Source: an uncultured Bacilli bacterium (lineage in GTDB: Bacteria > Bacillota_I > Bacilli_A > RFN20 > CAG-449). Taken from it: a DNA stretch of 64,000 nucleotides. Below the pieces are notes generated by a model. That model did not search any database, was not told the origin of the DNA, and was given only the letters and a program-made list of their open reading frames with translations. A program made the position numbers and the translations under genes. The DNA lies in NCBI GenBank assembly GCA_947595215.1, contig CANQEO010000003.1:5755-69754 (forward strand), read 5' to 3'. Of the stretch, positions 19,562-30,061 are shown one piece after another; the first letter of the stretch is position 1; each line of letters opens with the position of its first letter.

Positions 19562-19956
19562 TTTTACCCGACCTTCAATTTCCATGATGATATTCACATC
19601 ATGTATGTTAATATGATTTTTGTAGCGATATTTTTTGGTTACTCTATCGGAACAGTTCCAATTATCAGTTATCATTATGGCGCAAAAAACAATATCGAAT
19701 TAAAAAATTTACTAAATAAAAATATCCGAATAGTTTTGATTGTTTCTGTAACTATGTTGCTTTCAGCTTTAATATAATTATTAAATCCATCGTTTTTCAA
19801 ATAGCGACAGTATTTTTATTACTCTTATTATTTGGAATCGATGGTGTTTAGTTTTCGGTTATTGTTGCCGATTTCTTAGCGTCTATTATAACAATTTTGT
19901 TCTTTTTAGGAATGCGTAAAATATCAGTATTAGTATTGTGCTTCGCTAAATTCTAA
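19562..19956 (+). pseudogene. Relic of a MATE-family efflux transporter gene
   Basis: Frame A (19562-19777) reads ..MYVNMIFVAIFFGYSIGTVPIISYHYGAKNNIELKNLL..*. Frame B (19780-19956) reads ..LLLLLFGIDGV*FSVIVADFLASIITILFFLGMRK.., with TAG at 19849-19851 where MATE proteins have Trp (TGG). The N-terminal half is absent, about 130 aa are deleted internally, and there is a frameshift between the two pieces. Confidence 0.6.
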
Positions 19957-20061
19957 ACAAGTAACATTAATAAACTCTTCAAATGTTTCATTATTTTCAA
20001 CTTCAACTTATAAAATTTTTTAGATAATTTGGAATAAGTATCTTATTGAATCAATTTTAGC

Positions 20062-20093
20062 AAAAAACCTTCACTCTAAGTGAATGAAGGTTT
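20062..20093 (-). terminator. Rho-independent terminator after lysS
   Basis: On the minus strand: ACCTTCA-ttcacttagag-TGAAGGT followed by TTTTTGC. Confidence 0.6.
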
Positions 20094-20105
20094 CAAAATA
20101 GTCGA

Positions 20106-21611
<1,506 letters not shown>

Positions 21612-21644
21612 CTACTTGATAATTTATTTTGAAACAAGCGCAAA

Positions 21645-22625
21645 TCATTGTTGCGTTTTTATATTTTCAATAATTTTTATAAAATCTTGATATGATTCGA
21701 TTTTAGCGAGTTCCGCACGATATTTTTTAGCATTTACGTAACCTTTAAAATAATGTGGTGCTAAACCTCTCATTTCTTGGGTGGCCCGATATTTACCTTT
21801 GACCTCAATTAAATTAAGATAATGTTCTTTACAATATTCTATTTGTTTGTTGATATCAACTTCATCACTATAAGTTTCACCTTTTAGTTTCTTATCAATA
21901 TTTTGTAACAACTCTGGATTTCCTAAACATCCTCTTCCAATCATCACACCATCAGCTTTAGTGTAGGTTAAAACGTCAATAGCACCTTCAGGAGTAACGA
22001 TATCACCATTCGCAATAATCGGTATTGACACTGCTTCTTTTGCCCTTTTAATCCACATATAATCTGAATTGCCTTGATAAAAATCTTCGCGAGTTCGTCC
22101 ATGAATCGCTATCATTTTAACTCCGCTTTTTTCAAGTATCTTACATGTGTCTATAACATTAATAGATTTATTGTTCCATCCTATTCTAATTTTTGCGGTT
22201 ACAGGATGAATTGAAGTTTCTACAACTGCTTTCATCATTTCGTATAATTCTTCTTGTCGTTCCTGTTTTATCCAAGAAGATCCGGCTCCATCTTTAACAA
22301 CTTTAGGAACAGGACATCCAAGATTAATGTCTAAAATATCAAAATTTGCTTTTTCATTTAAAATCTTAACAGCTTTGAGAATGCTTTCTTTAGACCCTCC
22401 AAATAATTGAATCGCTAAAGGTCTTTCTTCAGCACATGTTTCTAACATTTTAAAAGTTTCTTTATTGTTATAAATTAAAGCAAAATCAGATATCATCTCA
22501 CTAACTACAAGTCCAACCGAGAATCTTTTCATTAATTTTCTATACCCTAAAGAAGTAATTCCCGCTAAAGGGGCAAGAATTATTGGTGGATCTATAGTAA
22601 TGTTATCGATTTGAATCTTTTTCAT
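21645..22625 (-). CDS. dusB: tRNA-dihydrouridine synthase B
   Basis: Starts at MKKIQIDNITIDPPIILAPLAGIT, matching Dus N-termini, and contains the catalytic region DINLGCP. The 37-codon upstream extension in the ORF track overlaps ftsH and a terminator hairpin. Confidence 0.88.
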   Translation of the reverse strand: MKKIQIDNITIDPPIILAPLAGITSLGYRKLMKRFSVGLVVSEMISDFALIYNNKETFKMLETCAEERPLAIQLFGGSKESILKAVKILNEKANFDILDINLGCPVPKVVKDGAGSSWIKQERQEELYEMMKAVVETSIHPVTAKIRIGWNNKSINVIDTCKILEKSGVKMIAIHGRTREDFYQGNSDYMWIKRAKEAVSIPIIANGDIVTPEGAIDVLTYTKADGVMIGRGCLGNPELLQNIDKKLKGETYSDEVDINKQIEYCKEHYLNLIEVKGKYRATQEMRGLAPHYFKGYVNAKKYRAELAKIESYQDFIKIIENIKTQQ

Positions 22626-22626
22626 A

Positions 22627-22657
22627 GGCAAAAAAAGAAAGAGACGAATCTCTTTCT
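22627..22657 (-). terminator. Hairpin plus T-run between ftsH and dusB
   Basis: On the minus strand: TAA-GAAAGAGA-ttcg-TCTCTTTC-TTTTTTTG. It overlaps the ftsH stop codon and ends 6 nt before the dusB ATG. Confidence 0.6.
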
Positions 22658-24669
22658 TAGTGTGGCAAATCTCCCGAATTTTCTTTAACTTCGTCAAAAG
22701 ATTCTTCTTTTTCTTTTGGCATATGTCTATTTTCAAGTAAGTAAGCTATTTGCTCAGCATTCAAAGTTTCGTTTTCAAGGAGTGCGGAAGCAATTAATTC
22801 AACATCATCTTTTCTCTCACGGATAATCGAAAGTGCTTTTTCATGTGCTTCGTCAATAATTTTACGTACTTCTTGGTCAACTTCAAAAGCCACTTGATTT
22901 GAGAAATTTTTAGTTGTATTTGTATAATCACGTCCTAAGAATACTGAACCTTGATCACGTTCATATTGAATAGGGCCAAGAGAAGACATACCATATTGTG
23001 TTACCATTACTCTTGCGATTCTAGTTGCAACTTCAATATCATTTGAAGCACCGGTTGAAACATCTTTAAAAAATACTTCTTCTGAAGATCTTCCACCTAA
23101 ATAACCAACGATACGAGCGATTAATTGCTCTTTTGTTACTAAGAAACGATCTTCTTCTGGTGTCATTAATACGTGACCACCTGTTCTTCCGCGTGGAACA
23201 ATTGTCACTTTTTGGACAACATCACTATCTTTGAGCGTTAATCCGATAATTGCGTGACCGGCTTCATGGTGAGCGACAATGTTACGTTCAAGTTCACTTA
23301 AAGATTTACTGGTTTTTGCAGGACCAGCAATACGACGATCAATAGCCTCATCGATATCTTTTAATGAAATTTCTTTTTTATTGTTTCTTACAGCAAGAAT
23401 CGCTGCTTCATTTAAAACGTTAGCAAGATCAGCACCGGAGAAACCTACCGTTCTCTTTGCAAGAGCTTTAAAGTCGACAGATGAAGAGATGGTTTTATTA
23501 CGAGCGTGAACCTTTAAAATAGCTTCACGACCATTCTTATCTGGAAGATCAACGGTAATTTGACGATCGAATCGTCCTGCTCTTAAAAGTGCCGGGTCTA
23601 ATACATCCTCTCTATTAGTCGCTGCAATAACAATAATACCTGCGTTATCAGAGAAACCATCCATCTCAACGAGCAATTGGTTAAGAGTTTGTTCGCGTTC
23701 ATCGTTTCCTCCACCCATACCGGCTCCTCTTTGACGACCGACAGCATCGATTTCATCGATAAAAATCAAACATGGAGCAGTTTGCTTCGCTTTCTTAAAC
23801 ATGTCTCTAACACGCCCTGCACCGACACCGACAAACATTTCAACGAAATCAGAACCGGAAATTGAATAGAAAGGAACCTTAGCTTCACCGGCGACTGCTT
23901 TAGCAAGAAGAGTTTTACCAGTACCGGGAGGTCCAACTAATAGAACACCTTTTGGTAATTTAGCGCCAAATTTTGAATATTTACTTGGATTTCTTAAATA
24001 GTCGACTAATTCAACCATTTCAGCTTTTTCTTCGTCGCATCCTGCGACATCATCAAAATGAACATTAGAAGCATCTTCTCTTCTTGCTCTAGACTTATTG
24101 AAATCTAACGCGGTGTTATTTGACTTATTAACACTAGCGTTAAGTCTTGAGAAGATAAAGAAGATAACACCTATTCCAAGCACAAAGAATATTACTGTTG
24201 GAAGCCAATCCATAAATCCGTTTGAGGCATACGCATTAACAATGGTGTAATTATTATTGTTATAATATAAAGTCTTACCATCATCTTTAAATCTTGTCTT
24301 AACAATTGTATCAATATAAGAAAGATTAGCTTCAGTATCTAGTCCCGAACTCGAAAAAGAATATCTTACATCACGATTATCGGCATTGACAACTGTGTAA
24401 TAGCCAGAAATCGTAAGTTTTCCTTCCGTATAACGCGTAACTTGAAGTGACTCGACTTTTTCAACCCAAAGGAATGACTCCTCGTAATTATTTACTTCAT
24501 TTCCATTTTCATCACGATCGACAACAATAACTTTACCCCATTCAACATCCGTGTGCGAACTTGCACGTCCAGCGCTGCCTTGGAATACCAAAGTAACTAC
24601 TACTACGATAATAAGAATGAGAACATATGGAGCTACATAGCCGATCCAACTAGTTCTTTTTTTATTCAT
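22657..24669 (-). CDS. ftsH: ATP-dependent zinc metalloprotease FtsH
   Basis: 670 aa with Walker A GPPGTGKT, Walker B IIFIDEID-type (LIFIDEIDA), an SRH region and the zinc motif HEAGHA. Confidence 0.97.
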   Translation of the reverse strand: MNKKRTSWIGYVAPYVLILIIVVVVTLVFQGSAGRASSHTDVEWGKVIVVDRDENGNEVNNYEESFLWVEKVESLQVTRYTEGKLTISGYYTVVNADNRDVRYSFSSSGLDTEANLSYIDTIVKTRFKDDGKTLYYNNNNYTIVNAYASNGFMDWLPTVIFFVLGIGVIFFIFSRLNASVNKSNNTALDFNKSRARREDASNVHFDDVAGCDEEKAEMVELVDYLRNPSKYSKFGAKLPKGVLLVGPPGTGKTLLAKAVAGEAKVPFYSISGSDFVEMFVGVGAGRVRDMFKKAKQTAPCLIFIDEIDAVGRQRGAGMGGGNDEREQTLNQLLVEMDGFSDNAGIIVIAATNREDVLDPALLRAGRFDRQITVDLPDKNGREAILKVHARNKTISSSVDFKALAKRTVGFSGADLANVLNEAAILAVRNNKKEISLKDIDEAIDRRIAGPAKTSKSLSELERNIVAHHEAGHAIIGLTLKDSDVVQKVTIVPRGRTGGHVLMTPEEDRFLVTKEQLIARIVGYLGGRSSEEVFFKDVSTGASNDIEVATRIARVMVTQYGMSSLGPIQYERDQGSVFLGRDYTNTTKNFSNQVAFEVDQEVRKIIDEAHEKALSIIRERKDDVELIASALLENETLNAEQIAYLLENRHMPKEKEESFDEVKENSGDLPH

Positions 24670-24741
24670 CTATACAATTACCTCCTATAAGTTATATTAG
24701 TTTAAATTTGTTTTCTCATAAATTTTATATTTATGCCTTTA

Positions 24742-25974
24742 TTATTTTATCACAATAATTGGATTGCTTTCTATATTATTTGATACCACTTTTTTTTGCA
24801 ATGGAATATAGATAATATTCCCATTTTTATCAACAATTAACGGCCATCTTTTTCTTTCATCGATAGGAATTTTTTTATTGATAAAGATTCTTCTTACCGA
24901 TTTATGGATTTTTCCAAATTTTATCACATCTCCTGGAAGAAATGTTCTAATTGTTAAAGGATATGAATACTCAAAAATATTCAGCTTCGTTGTGTCTTTC
25001 GTTAAGTCCATAAAAAAGTAATTATTATCAATAATTTGCGGTGTATCAACTTTATAATTATAATTAAAATTGTCAATATATTCGGTGATTATCAAATCAT
25101 CGTATGCCTTAATTAAATAATATGGTGGCTCAAGAAGCATTTTAGCGTTTGCTTTCTTGCTCCTTATAATCTTTTTTATCTCTGCAATTCTAGCGCGTCC
25201 TAACTTAGTTGATATAAAAGGGAGATATTTAGTCACATATGCAAAAAGTAATCTAGTTTCTTCTTCTTCCCTTAAAGAAAGTATCTGAGAAATTTTTAAA
25301 GTATCTCTTTGCAGATATTTTGCAATTTTATTTTCTATTACTTCTAATCTTTCATTTTCGCTTTTAATTTCATTTAAAATATTTTTTATGTCTTCGTCAC
25401 TAAATTTTGAGACTTGATGATGACGAATATAATTTCTAGTGTAGTGGTCTTCATTATTGCTTACATCAATAGAGTAAGGTATTTGATTTCTCTTACAATA
25501 AGATAATAACTCTTCTTTACGATAGTCTAAAAGAGGTCTAATCACTCTCATTCCTTTAATGGTAGTTTCTAATCGTAATCCAAAAGAAGAAACCAAATTA
25601 CCTCTTTGTTTTTGCATCAAATAAGTTTCTAAAAGATCATCTAAATGATGTGCGACAAAAATCCCATCTCCATTATAAAGATCATACATCTTTTTGAAAA
25701 AATCATATCTTACTTCGCGCGCCCAAGCTTGAAAATTACCTGTTTGTTTCATATCGCTGGTATCTAAAATATGAACAGGATAATTTCTTTCTTCAGCATA
25801 TTTATAAACCATCTCTTGCTCATAATTTGAAACATCGCGTTTATGATAATTTACATGAAGAACGATTAATTTTAATTTTAATTCGCTTAACATTTTTAAA
25901 AGTGCCATCGAATCTGGTCCACCAGAAACGGCGACAAGATAGTTTCTCTCTAATGAATATGAAAAATTCTGCAT
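24742..25974 (-). CDS. tilS: tRNA(Ile)-lysidine synthase
   Basis: 410 aa with the PP-loop SGGPDS near the N-terminus. Upstream of ftsH as in Firmicutes, but with no hpt gene between them. Confidence 0.85.
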   Translation of the reverse strand: MQNFSYSLERNYLVAVSGGPDSMALLKMLSELKLKLIVLHVNYHKRDVSNYEQEMVYKYAEERNYPVHILDTSDMKQTGNFQAWAREVRYDFFKKMYDLYNGDGIFVAHHLDDLLETYLMQKQRGNLVSSFGLRLETTIKGMRVIRPLLDYRKEELLSYCKRNQIPYSIDVSNNEDHYTRNYIRHHQVSKFSDEDIKNILNEIKSENERLEVIENKIAKYLQRDTLKISQILSLREEEETRLLFAYVTKYLPFISTKLGRARIAEIKKIIRSKKANAKMLLEPPYYLIKAYDDLIITEYIDNFNYNYKVDTPQIIDNNYFFMDLTKDTTKLNIFEYSYPLTIRTFLPGDVIKFGKIHKSVRRIFINKKIPIDERKRWPLIVDKNGNIIYIPLQKKVVSNNIESNPIIVIK

Positions 25975-26020
25975 ATAAGCTTGCCTTTCAAGATAATTTT
26001 GAACTAAAAATTATTTTTTT

Positions 26021-28186
26021 TCAATCGTTATACTTTGCTTTAACAACTTTGATAACACATAAGGTTTTATCATCTTCAAGATTTTTTTGACTGGCTAATT
26101 CATCATAAAGACAATCGGCAATTTTAGAGGCAGAGAGATTACTAAATCGTTCTAATTTATCTTTTAGAAAATCTTCATCGATAACTCCAAACCCATCGCT
26201 CATAAGAATAATTATATCACCATCTTCAACCTCAAAATCTTCGTGTAAGATATCTAATTCGGAAACGATTCCAAGCGGAGGAAAAATTTGTGATAATTTT
26301 CTAAGTTTTCCAGTTTGATATAAATATGTTGGAAATGAACCACTTTTAAAAATGCGTCCTCTTTTTTTAATAGTGTCTATTTTTAGAAGATCCAAAGTAG
26401 CGTACATTTCATGCATTGATTTTGATTTGATAAGCGTGTTTAAATTAGAGATAATTTTTTTCTCGTTTTTTTCTAGTTCTTGATATGCTTTTAGACTTTT
26501 GATTACATATGAAGATACAGTATTTGCGTTTTTATCGTGTCCCATTCCATCTGAAAGAATAATATACTCAACCCCTTGTTTTTTAAATCCATCGATCTGG
26601 TCTCCCGATTCTTTTGGATCTGAAGAAAGACACAATCCTTTGTCTAACTCGATTAAACTGCGTGACGATAAAACTAAAAGAGTGCTTTTTTTGAAGTCAT
26701 CTTGCTGTTTAATATATAAATTTTTACCTAAGGTTACTTCACAGACTTTAACTATTTGATCTATATTACAATCATTTTGTACTTCAAGAACAATATCATT
26801 TTCTTCAAATGCATGAAATTTAACTGACATATGTAGTTCTTCAAATTTTTGCTTTAAACGCTCAAACTTAGATTTGAATTCGCCACTTTCATTTAATTCT
26901 TTTAAAGGACGATAGATGTTTTCAATTTCATTTTGATAAAGTCTCTTTCGTTCTTCTGCTTGATGACGATAACTTAGATCACTCATATAAAAATCATGCG
27001 CCATTTCACTACGTTTTATCAATTTATACGGATATAAGCATTTATCAATTATTTCTTTACGATTCACTTGACCGGTTTTATCTTTAATAATGCTTTCTCT
27101 CGTCTTTTCTAATTCACATTCTTGAAAGCGAGGACAAGCGCTACAAAGTGACACTTCCAAATTATGTTTTGCTTTATCTAATGATGTCGGTTCTCGATCT
27201 AGCGATGGATCTAATACACAATCAAGATATGAAACTATCGATCTCACTTTAGATTTTGTTGCGTTTGCAAAATGTACATTTTTTAAAACAACTAAATCTT
27301 CATTTCTTTTAAATATTGTTTGTAATTCTTCAATCCATGTTTTTGGCATTGCAAGATTAATTAAAAATGCCAGAATTCCTTGATAGAAATACCCATTTTG
27401 ATAAAAATTTGTTACAAATAGAATATTAGTTAGAACAAATACTCCTAAATAAACGTACATTGAATATTTATTTTTTATAAAGGCGGAAATCAGCAATGCC
27501 ACAGAAGAGATTATTATATAATTTAGATTATATCCTTTAAACAAGTACAGTAAAAAGGCACCAAATATTATTGAACACGCACTAATTACAAAGGAAGAAC
27601 ATCTTTTAGCGATAAGATGAACTAGATTAAAAAAAGCAAGATAAAGAACTTGCATCCCAGCGAATAAAAGTGAAAATGATGCAATAAGCACTATTTTTGC
27701 GCGATCATCAAAAACCGCATAATCATCCTCAATGACTTTTTGAAAATTAACTAACGAGATAAGTACTCCATATGAATATAATAAGTTGATAAAACCATTG
27801 ATGAATTGATAAAAATCCGGTTTACTTATAAGATATAAGGCAAAAACAAAAAGATTAGTAAAAATAAAACTTAAATATTTTTTAAATAAAGAGTTGGTAT
27901 GTAAAAGTTTCGATAATGTTTCTAAAAAGAGAAATAGAAAACATACTATTCCAAGTTCTAATCCATAATTAATATTGATAACAAACGCTGTCACAATCAT
28001 TACTAGATTAGCAATAACTGCAGTACCGTTTCTATATCGATAAGCAAAAAACAATAAAACTATTATGAATGGATTAAATAAATAAGCATCACTAAAAATC
28101 GTAATTAATAATGCGATGACACCAAATAATACATAAGATAATACCGCATTCTTTTCTTCTTTTTCTATCTTTATACTTTCGAGCAT
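26021..28186 (-). CDS. spoIIE: Stage II sporulation protein E (membrane PP2C phosphatase)
   Basis: 721 aa with about 10 N-terminal TM segments and a C-terminal PP2C domain (ILSDGMGHD ... IIILMSDGFG). By eye it aligns closely with B. subtilis SpoIIE (AISDGMGNG ... LLIMMSDGIF). Confidence 0.85.
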   Translation of the reverse strand: MLESIKIEKEEKNAVLSYVLFGVIALLITIFSDAYLFNPFIIVLLFFAYRYRNGTAVIANLVMIVTAFVININYGLELGIVCFLFLFLETLSKLLHTNSLFKKYLSFIFTNLFVFALYLISKPDFYQFINGFINLLYSYGVLISLVNFQKVIEDDYAVFDDRAKIVLIASFSLLFAGMQVLYLAFFNLVHLIAKRCSSFVISACSIIFGAFLLYLFKGYNLNYIIISSVALLISAFIKNKYSMYVYLGVFVLTNILFVTNFYQNGYFYQGILAFLINLAMPKTWIEELQTIFKRNEDLVVLKNVHFANATKSKVRSIVSYLDCVLDPSLDREPTSLDKAKHNLEVSLCSACPRFQECELEKTRESIIKDKTGQVNRKEIIDKCLYPYKLIKRSEMAHDFYMSDLSYRHQAEERKRLYQNEIENIYRPLKELNESGEFKSKFERLKQKFEELHMSVKFHAFEENDIVLEVQNDCNIDQIVKVCEVTLGKNLYIKQQDDFKKSTLLVLSSRSLIELDKGLCLSSDPKESGDQIDGFKKQGVEYIILSDGMGHDKNANTVSSYVIKSLKAYQELEKNEKKIISNLNTLIKSKSMHEMYATLDLLKIDTIKKRGRIFKSGSFPTYLYQTGKLRKLSQIFPPLGIVSELDILHEDFEVEDGDIIILMSDGFGVIDEDFLKDKLERFSNLSASKIADCLYDELASQKNLEDDKTLCVIKVVKAKYND

Positions 28187-28222
28187 ATTTTCTCACCCAT
28201 TTGCATGATAAAAGAATAGATA

Positions 28223-28251
28223 AGAAAAAAAGGTCGATAGTTGTCGACCTT
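28223..28251 (-). terminator. Rho-independent terminator after divIC, directly upstream of spoIIE
   Basis: AAGGTCGA-tagttg-TCGACCTT (8-bp stem) overlapping the divIC stop codon, followed on the minus strand by a T8 run. Confidence 0.7.
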
Positions 28252-28537
28252 AAGAAAAGATAATTACTACATCACCATTATCGAAAACGAATCGATTGCC
28301 ATTCTTGTAATAAACCGAATAATATGTCGAATCATCATTAAATTTTTCGGTTAAAGATTTGAGGTGCTCTTGTTCTTTTATCATGACCTCTTTTTCGTTT
28401 TCAAGTTGAATATTAATTTGATACTCGTTGATAATTCGGGTTGCAACAACTCCGAAAAGTACTAAAGAAAAGATAAAAATCACTAGAGAAAAAATACTAA
28501 TCAGTCGGTTCGTTCTTAACGATTTCTTCTTGCTCAT
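28250..28537 (-). CDS. divIC: Septum formation initiator family protein (DivIC/FtsB-like)
   Basis: 95 aa with a basic N-terminus, one TM segment and a coiled-coil segment (ENEKEVMIKEQEHLKSLTEK). Position after yabQ matches Bacillus. Confidence 0.6.
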   Translation of the reverse strand: MSKKKSLRTNRLISIFSLVIFIFSLVLFGVVATRIINEYQINIQLENEKEVMIKEQEHLKSLTEKFNDDSTYYSVYYKNGNRFVFDNGDVVIIFS

Positions 28538-28928
28538 GCGTTTTCTCCTTTCGTTTTTTTCTATGCCTAATTATAGCAATAAATTTTTTCTTTTTCAATT
28601 TACACGGCATGATTATATTTTTTTCTATATGCTTTGCAATTTTCTCAAAAAAGTTATCAAAATATACCGCATAGAAACGGTAATATAAGAAAGCTCCTAA
28701 TGCTAAACCTAATAAATAAAAAATATTTAATACTCCTTCAGTAAAATTGCATAGGAAAGCAAAATAACTTATTACCGTGATAAGAAAGAACACTATTTCG
28801 AATAGCAATCTAATAATCAGAAATCGACATCGATAAAAAAGTCGATTAAATGCGGACCACGAAAAAAGTATTAACGCACCAAAAAGAATTGATCCCATAA
28901 ATGCTTGAAACTGATTAAGAAGTGGCAT
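28497..28928 (-). CDS. yabQ: Spore cortex biosynthesis protein YabQ
   Basis: 143 aa with 4 hydrophobic segments and the N-terminus FMGSILFGALILFSWSAFNRLF. Sits in yabP-yabQ-divIC synteny. Confidence 0.6.
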   Translation of the reverse strand: MPLLNQFQAFMGSILFGALILFSWSAFNRLFYRCRFLIIRLLFEIVFFLITVISYFAFLCNFTEGVLNIFYLLGLALGAFLYYRFYAVYFDNFFEKIAKHIEKNIIMPCKLKKKKFIAIIRHRKKRKEKTHEQEEIVKNEPTD

Positions 28929-29212
28929 TACTTAAAGATTTTCGATAAGAAGCCTTCCTTAGACTTTTCTTTTGTTTTTCCAACATATTGGATTAAATCA
29001 ACACGATCACCTTTAATAACTAATAAACCTTTTTCCAAATCCATTGTTCCAAGCGCCAAATTTTGTCCTCTAACATGAACGTGACCCAATTTTGTATCAA
29101 TTAAGAATTCGTTACTATCAAAGCTATCCAGTTTCTTGACTCCTGTAAGTTCAACAGTATTTCGAGAAAGAAGACAAATCTTACCTTCGCCATTTAATTC
29201 CATTGTTTCCAT
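28928..29212 (-). CDS. yabP: Sporulation protein YabP
   Basis: 94 aa with the YabP/YqfC-type sequence (LTGVKKLDSFDSNEFLIDTKLGHVHVRGQNL). Position conserved. Confidence 0.75.
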   Translation of the reverse strand: METMELNGEGKICLLSRNTVELTGVKKLDSFDSNEFLIDTKLGHVHVRGQNLALGTMDLEKGLLVIKGDRVDLIQYVGKTKEKSKEGFLSKIFK

Positions 29213-29250
29213 AAAAAAAGCCTCCTAACTATTGTTTATGAGGCATGTTT

Positions 29251-29508
29251 TTAAATAATAACTTTATCTTCTAAAATTTCAAACATTTCACTTGCGCTGC
29301 TTTTGTTTGAAAATTCTTTCACTTGCTTGACTACAATTTTGAGTAATCTTTCTCCGAGTGTTAATTCTAAAATATCGCCTTCTTTTACTTCAGTGCTTGG
29401 TTTTGCAGTTTTTCCATTGATTTTAACAAAGCCGAAATCTAAGACATCTTTAGCGATGGTTCTTCTTTTGATAACATGCGATATTTTTAAATATTTATCG
29501 ATTCTCAC
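29251..29508 (-). CDS. rqcP: S4-domain RNA-binding protein YabO/RqcP
   Basis: 85 aa; MRIDKYLKISHVIKRRTIAKDVLDFGFVKINGKTAKPS is an S4 fold. Position matches Bacillus yabO. Confidence 0.75.
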   Translation of the reverse strand: MRIDKYLKISHVIKRRTIAKDVLDFGFVKINGKTAKPSTEVKEGDILELTLGERLLKIVVKQVKEFSNKSSASEMFEILEDKVII

Positions 29509-29511
29509 TAA

Positions 29512-30033
29512 CTATCCTTTCATCATATTGCCGATTAAAGAAGCAAAAGTTTTCAACATCTGAATCTCACTTTCACTTAATGCTCCGCTTCGTACAAAAA
29601 CGATTGAACCGATGCTTTTATCTAATAAAACTATTGGAAAGACACCGATATTCTCAATCTCTTCTTGTCCAAATTTTATCATTAATGAATTCTTTTGGGA
29701 ATAGGTTTTCGCTTTTTGTGCCGTTATTAATTGGTTATCAATTGCTATTCCAGGAGCATATGACATTCTTTTTTCACCATAAGAGGCTAAAACGACTTCT
29801 TGATCAGTAATAATAATCGTGCCGCCAATTGATTCATAAAGACTAATAGCGATATTTTGAAAAAATTCACCTGAACCTTTTAAAGTCGAATATTTTTCCA
29901 TGATAATATGATTATCTTCACCCATATAAATTTCAACATTATCGTTTTCATTAATCATCAACTTTTTACGCATATGAATAGGAATCACAATTCTTCCCAA
30001 TCCATCCACGCGTCTAATTACTCCATTTGACAT
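29512..30033 (-). CDS. spoVT: Stage V sporulation protein T (AbrB-family regulator with GAF-like C-domain)
   Basis: 173 aa with a SpoVT/AbrB swapped-hairpin N-terminus (GVIRRVDGLGRIVIPIHMRKKL). Length and position after mfd match B. subtilis SpoVT. Confidence 0.85.
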   Translation of the reverse strand: MSNGVIRRVDGLGRIVIPIHMRKKLMINENDNVEIYMGEDNHIIMEKYSTLKGSGEFFQNIAISLYESIGGTIIITDQEVVLASYGEKRMSYAPGIAIDNQLITAQKAKTYSQKNSLMIKFGQEEIENIGVFPIVLLDKSIGSIVFVRSGALSESEIQMLKTFASLIGNMMKG

Positions 30034-30061
30034 AATAAATCACCATGACTTACTATATCCA

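Noticed and set aside
22626-22736. 37-codon N-terminal extension of the dusB ORF overlapping the end of ftsH.
   Set aside because: The Dus N-terminal homology begins at the internal Met (22625). The extension is K-rich junk that reads through the ftsH terminator hairpin.
25827-26090. 87-aa plus-strand ORF bridging the tilS/spoIIE junction. Similar ORFs lie at 28428-28688 (86 aa), 29303-29563 (86 aa) and 35732-35989 (85 aa).
   Set aside because: All are antisense to recognisable genes in AT-rich sequence. They show no ribosome-binding sites or family signatures.
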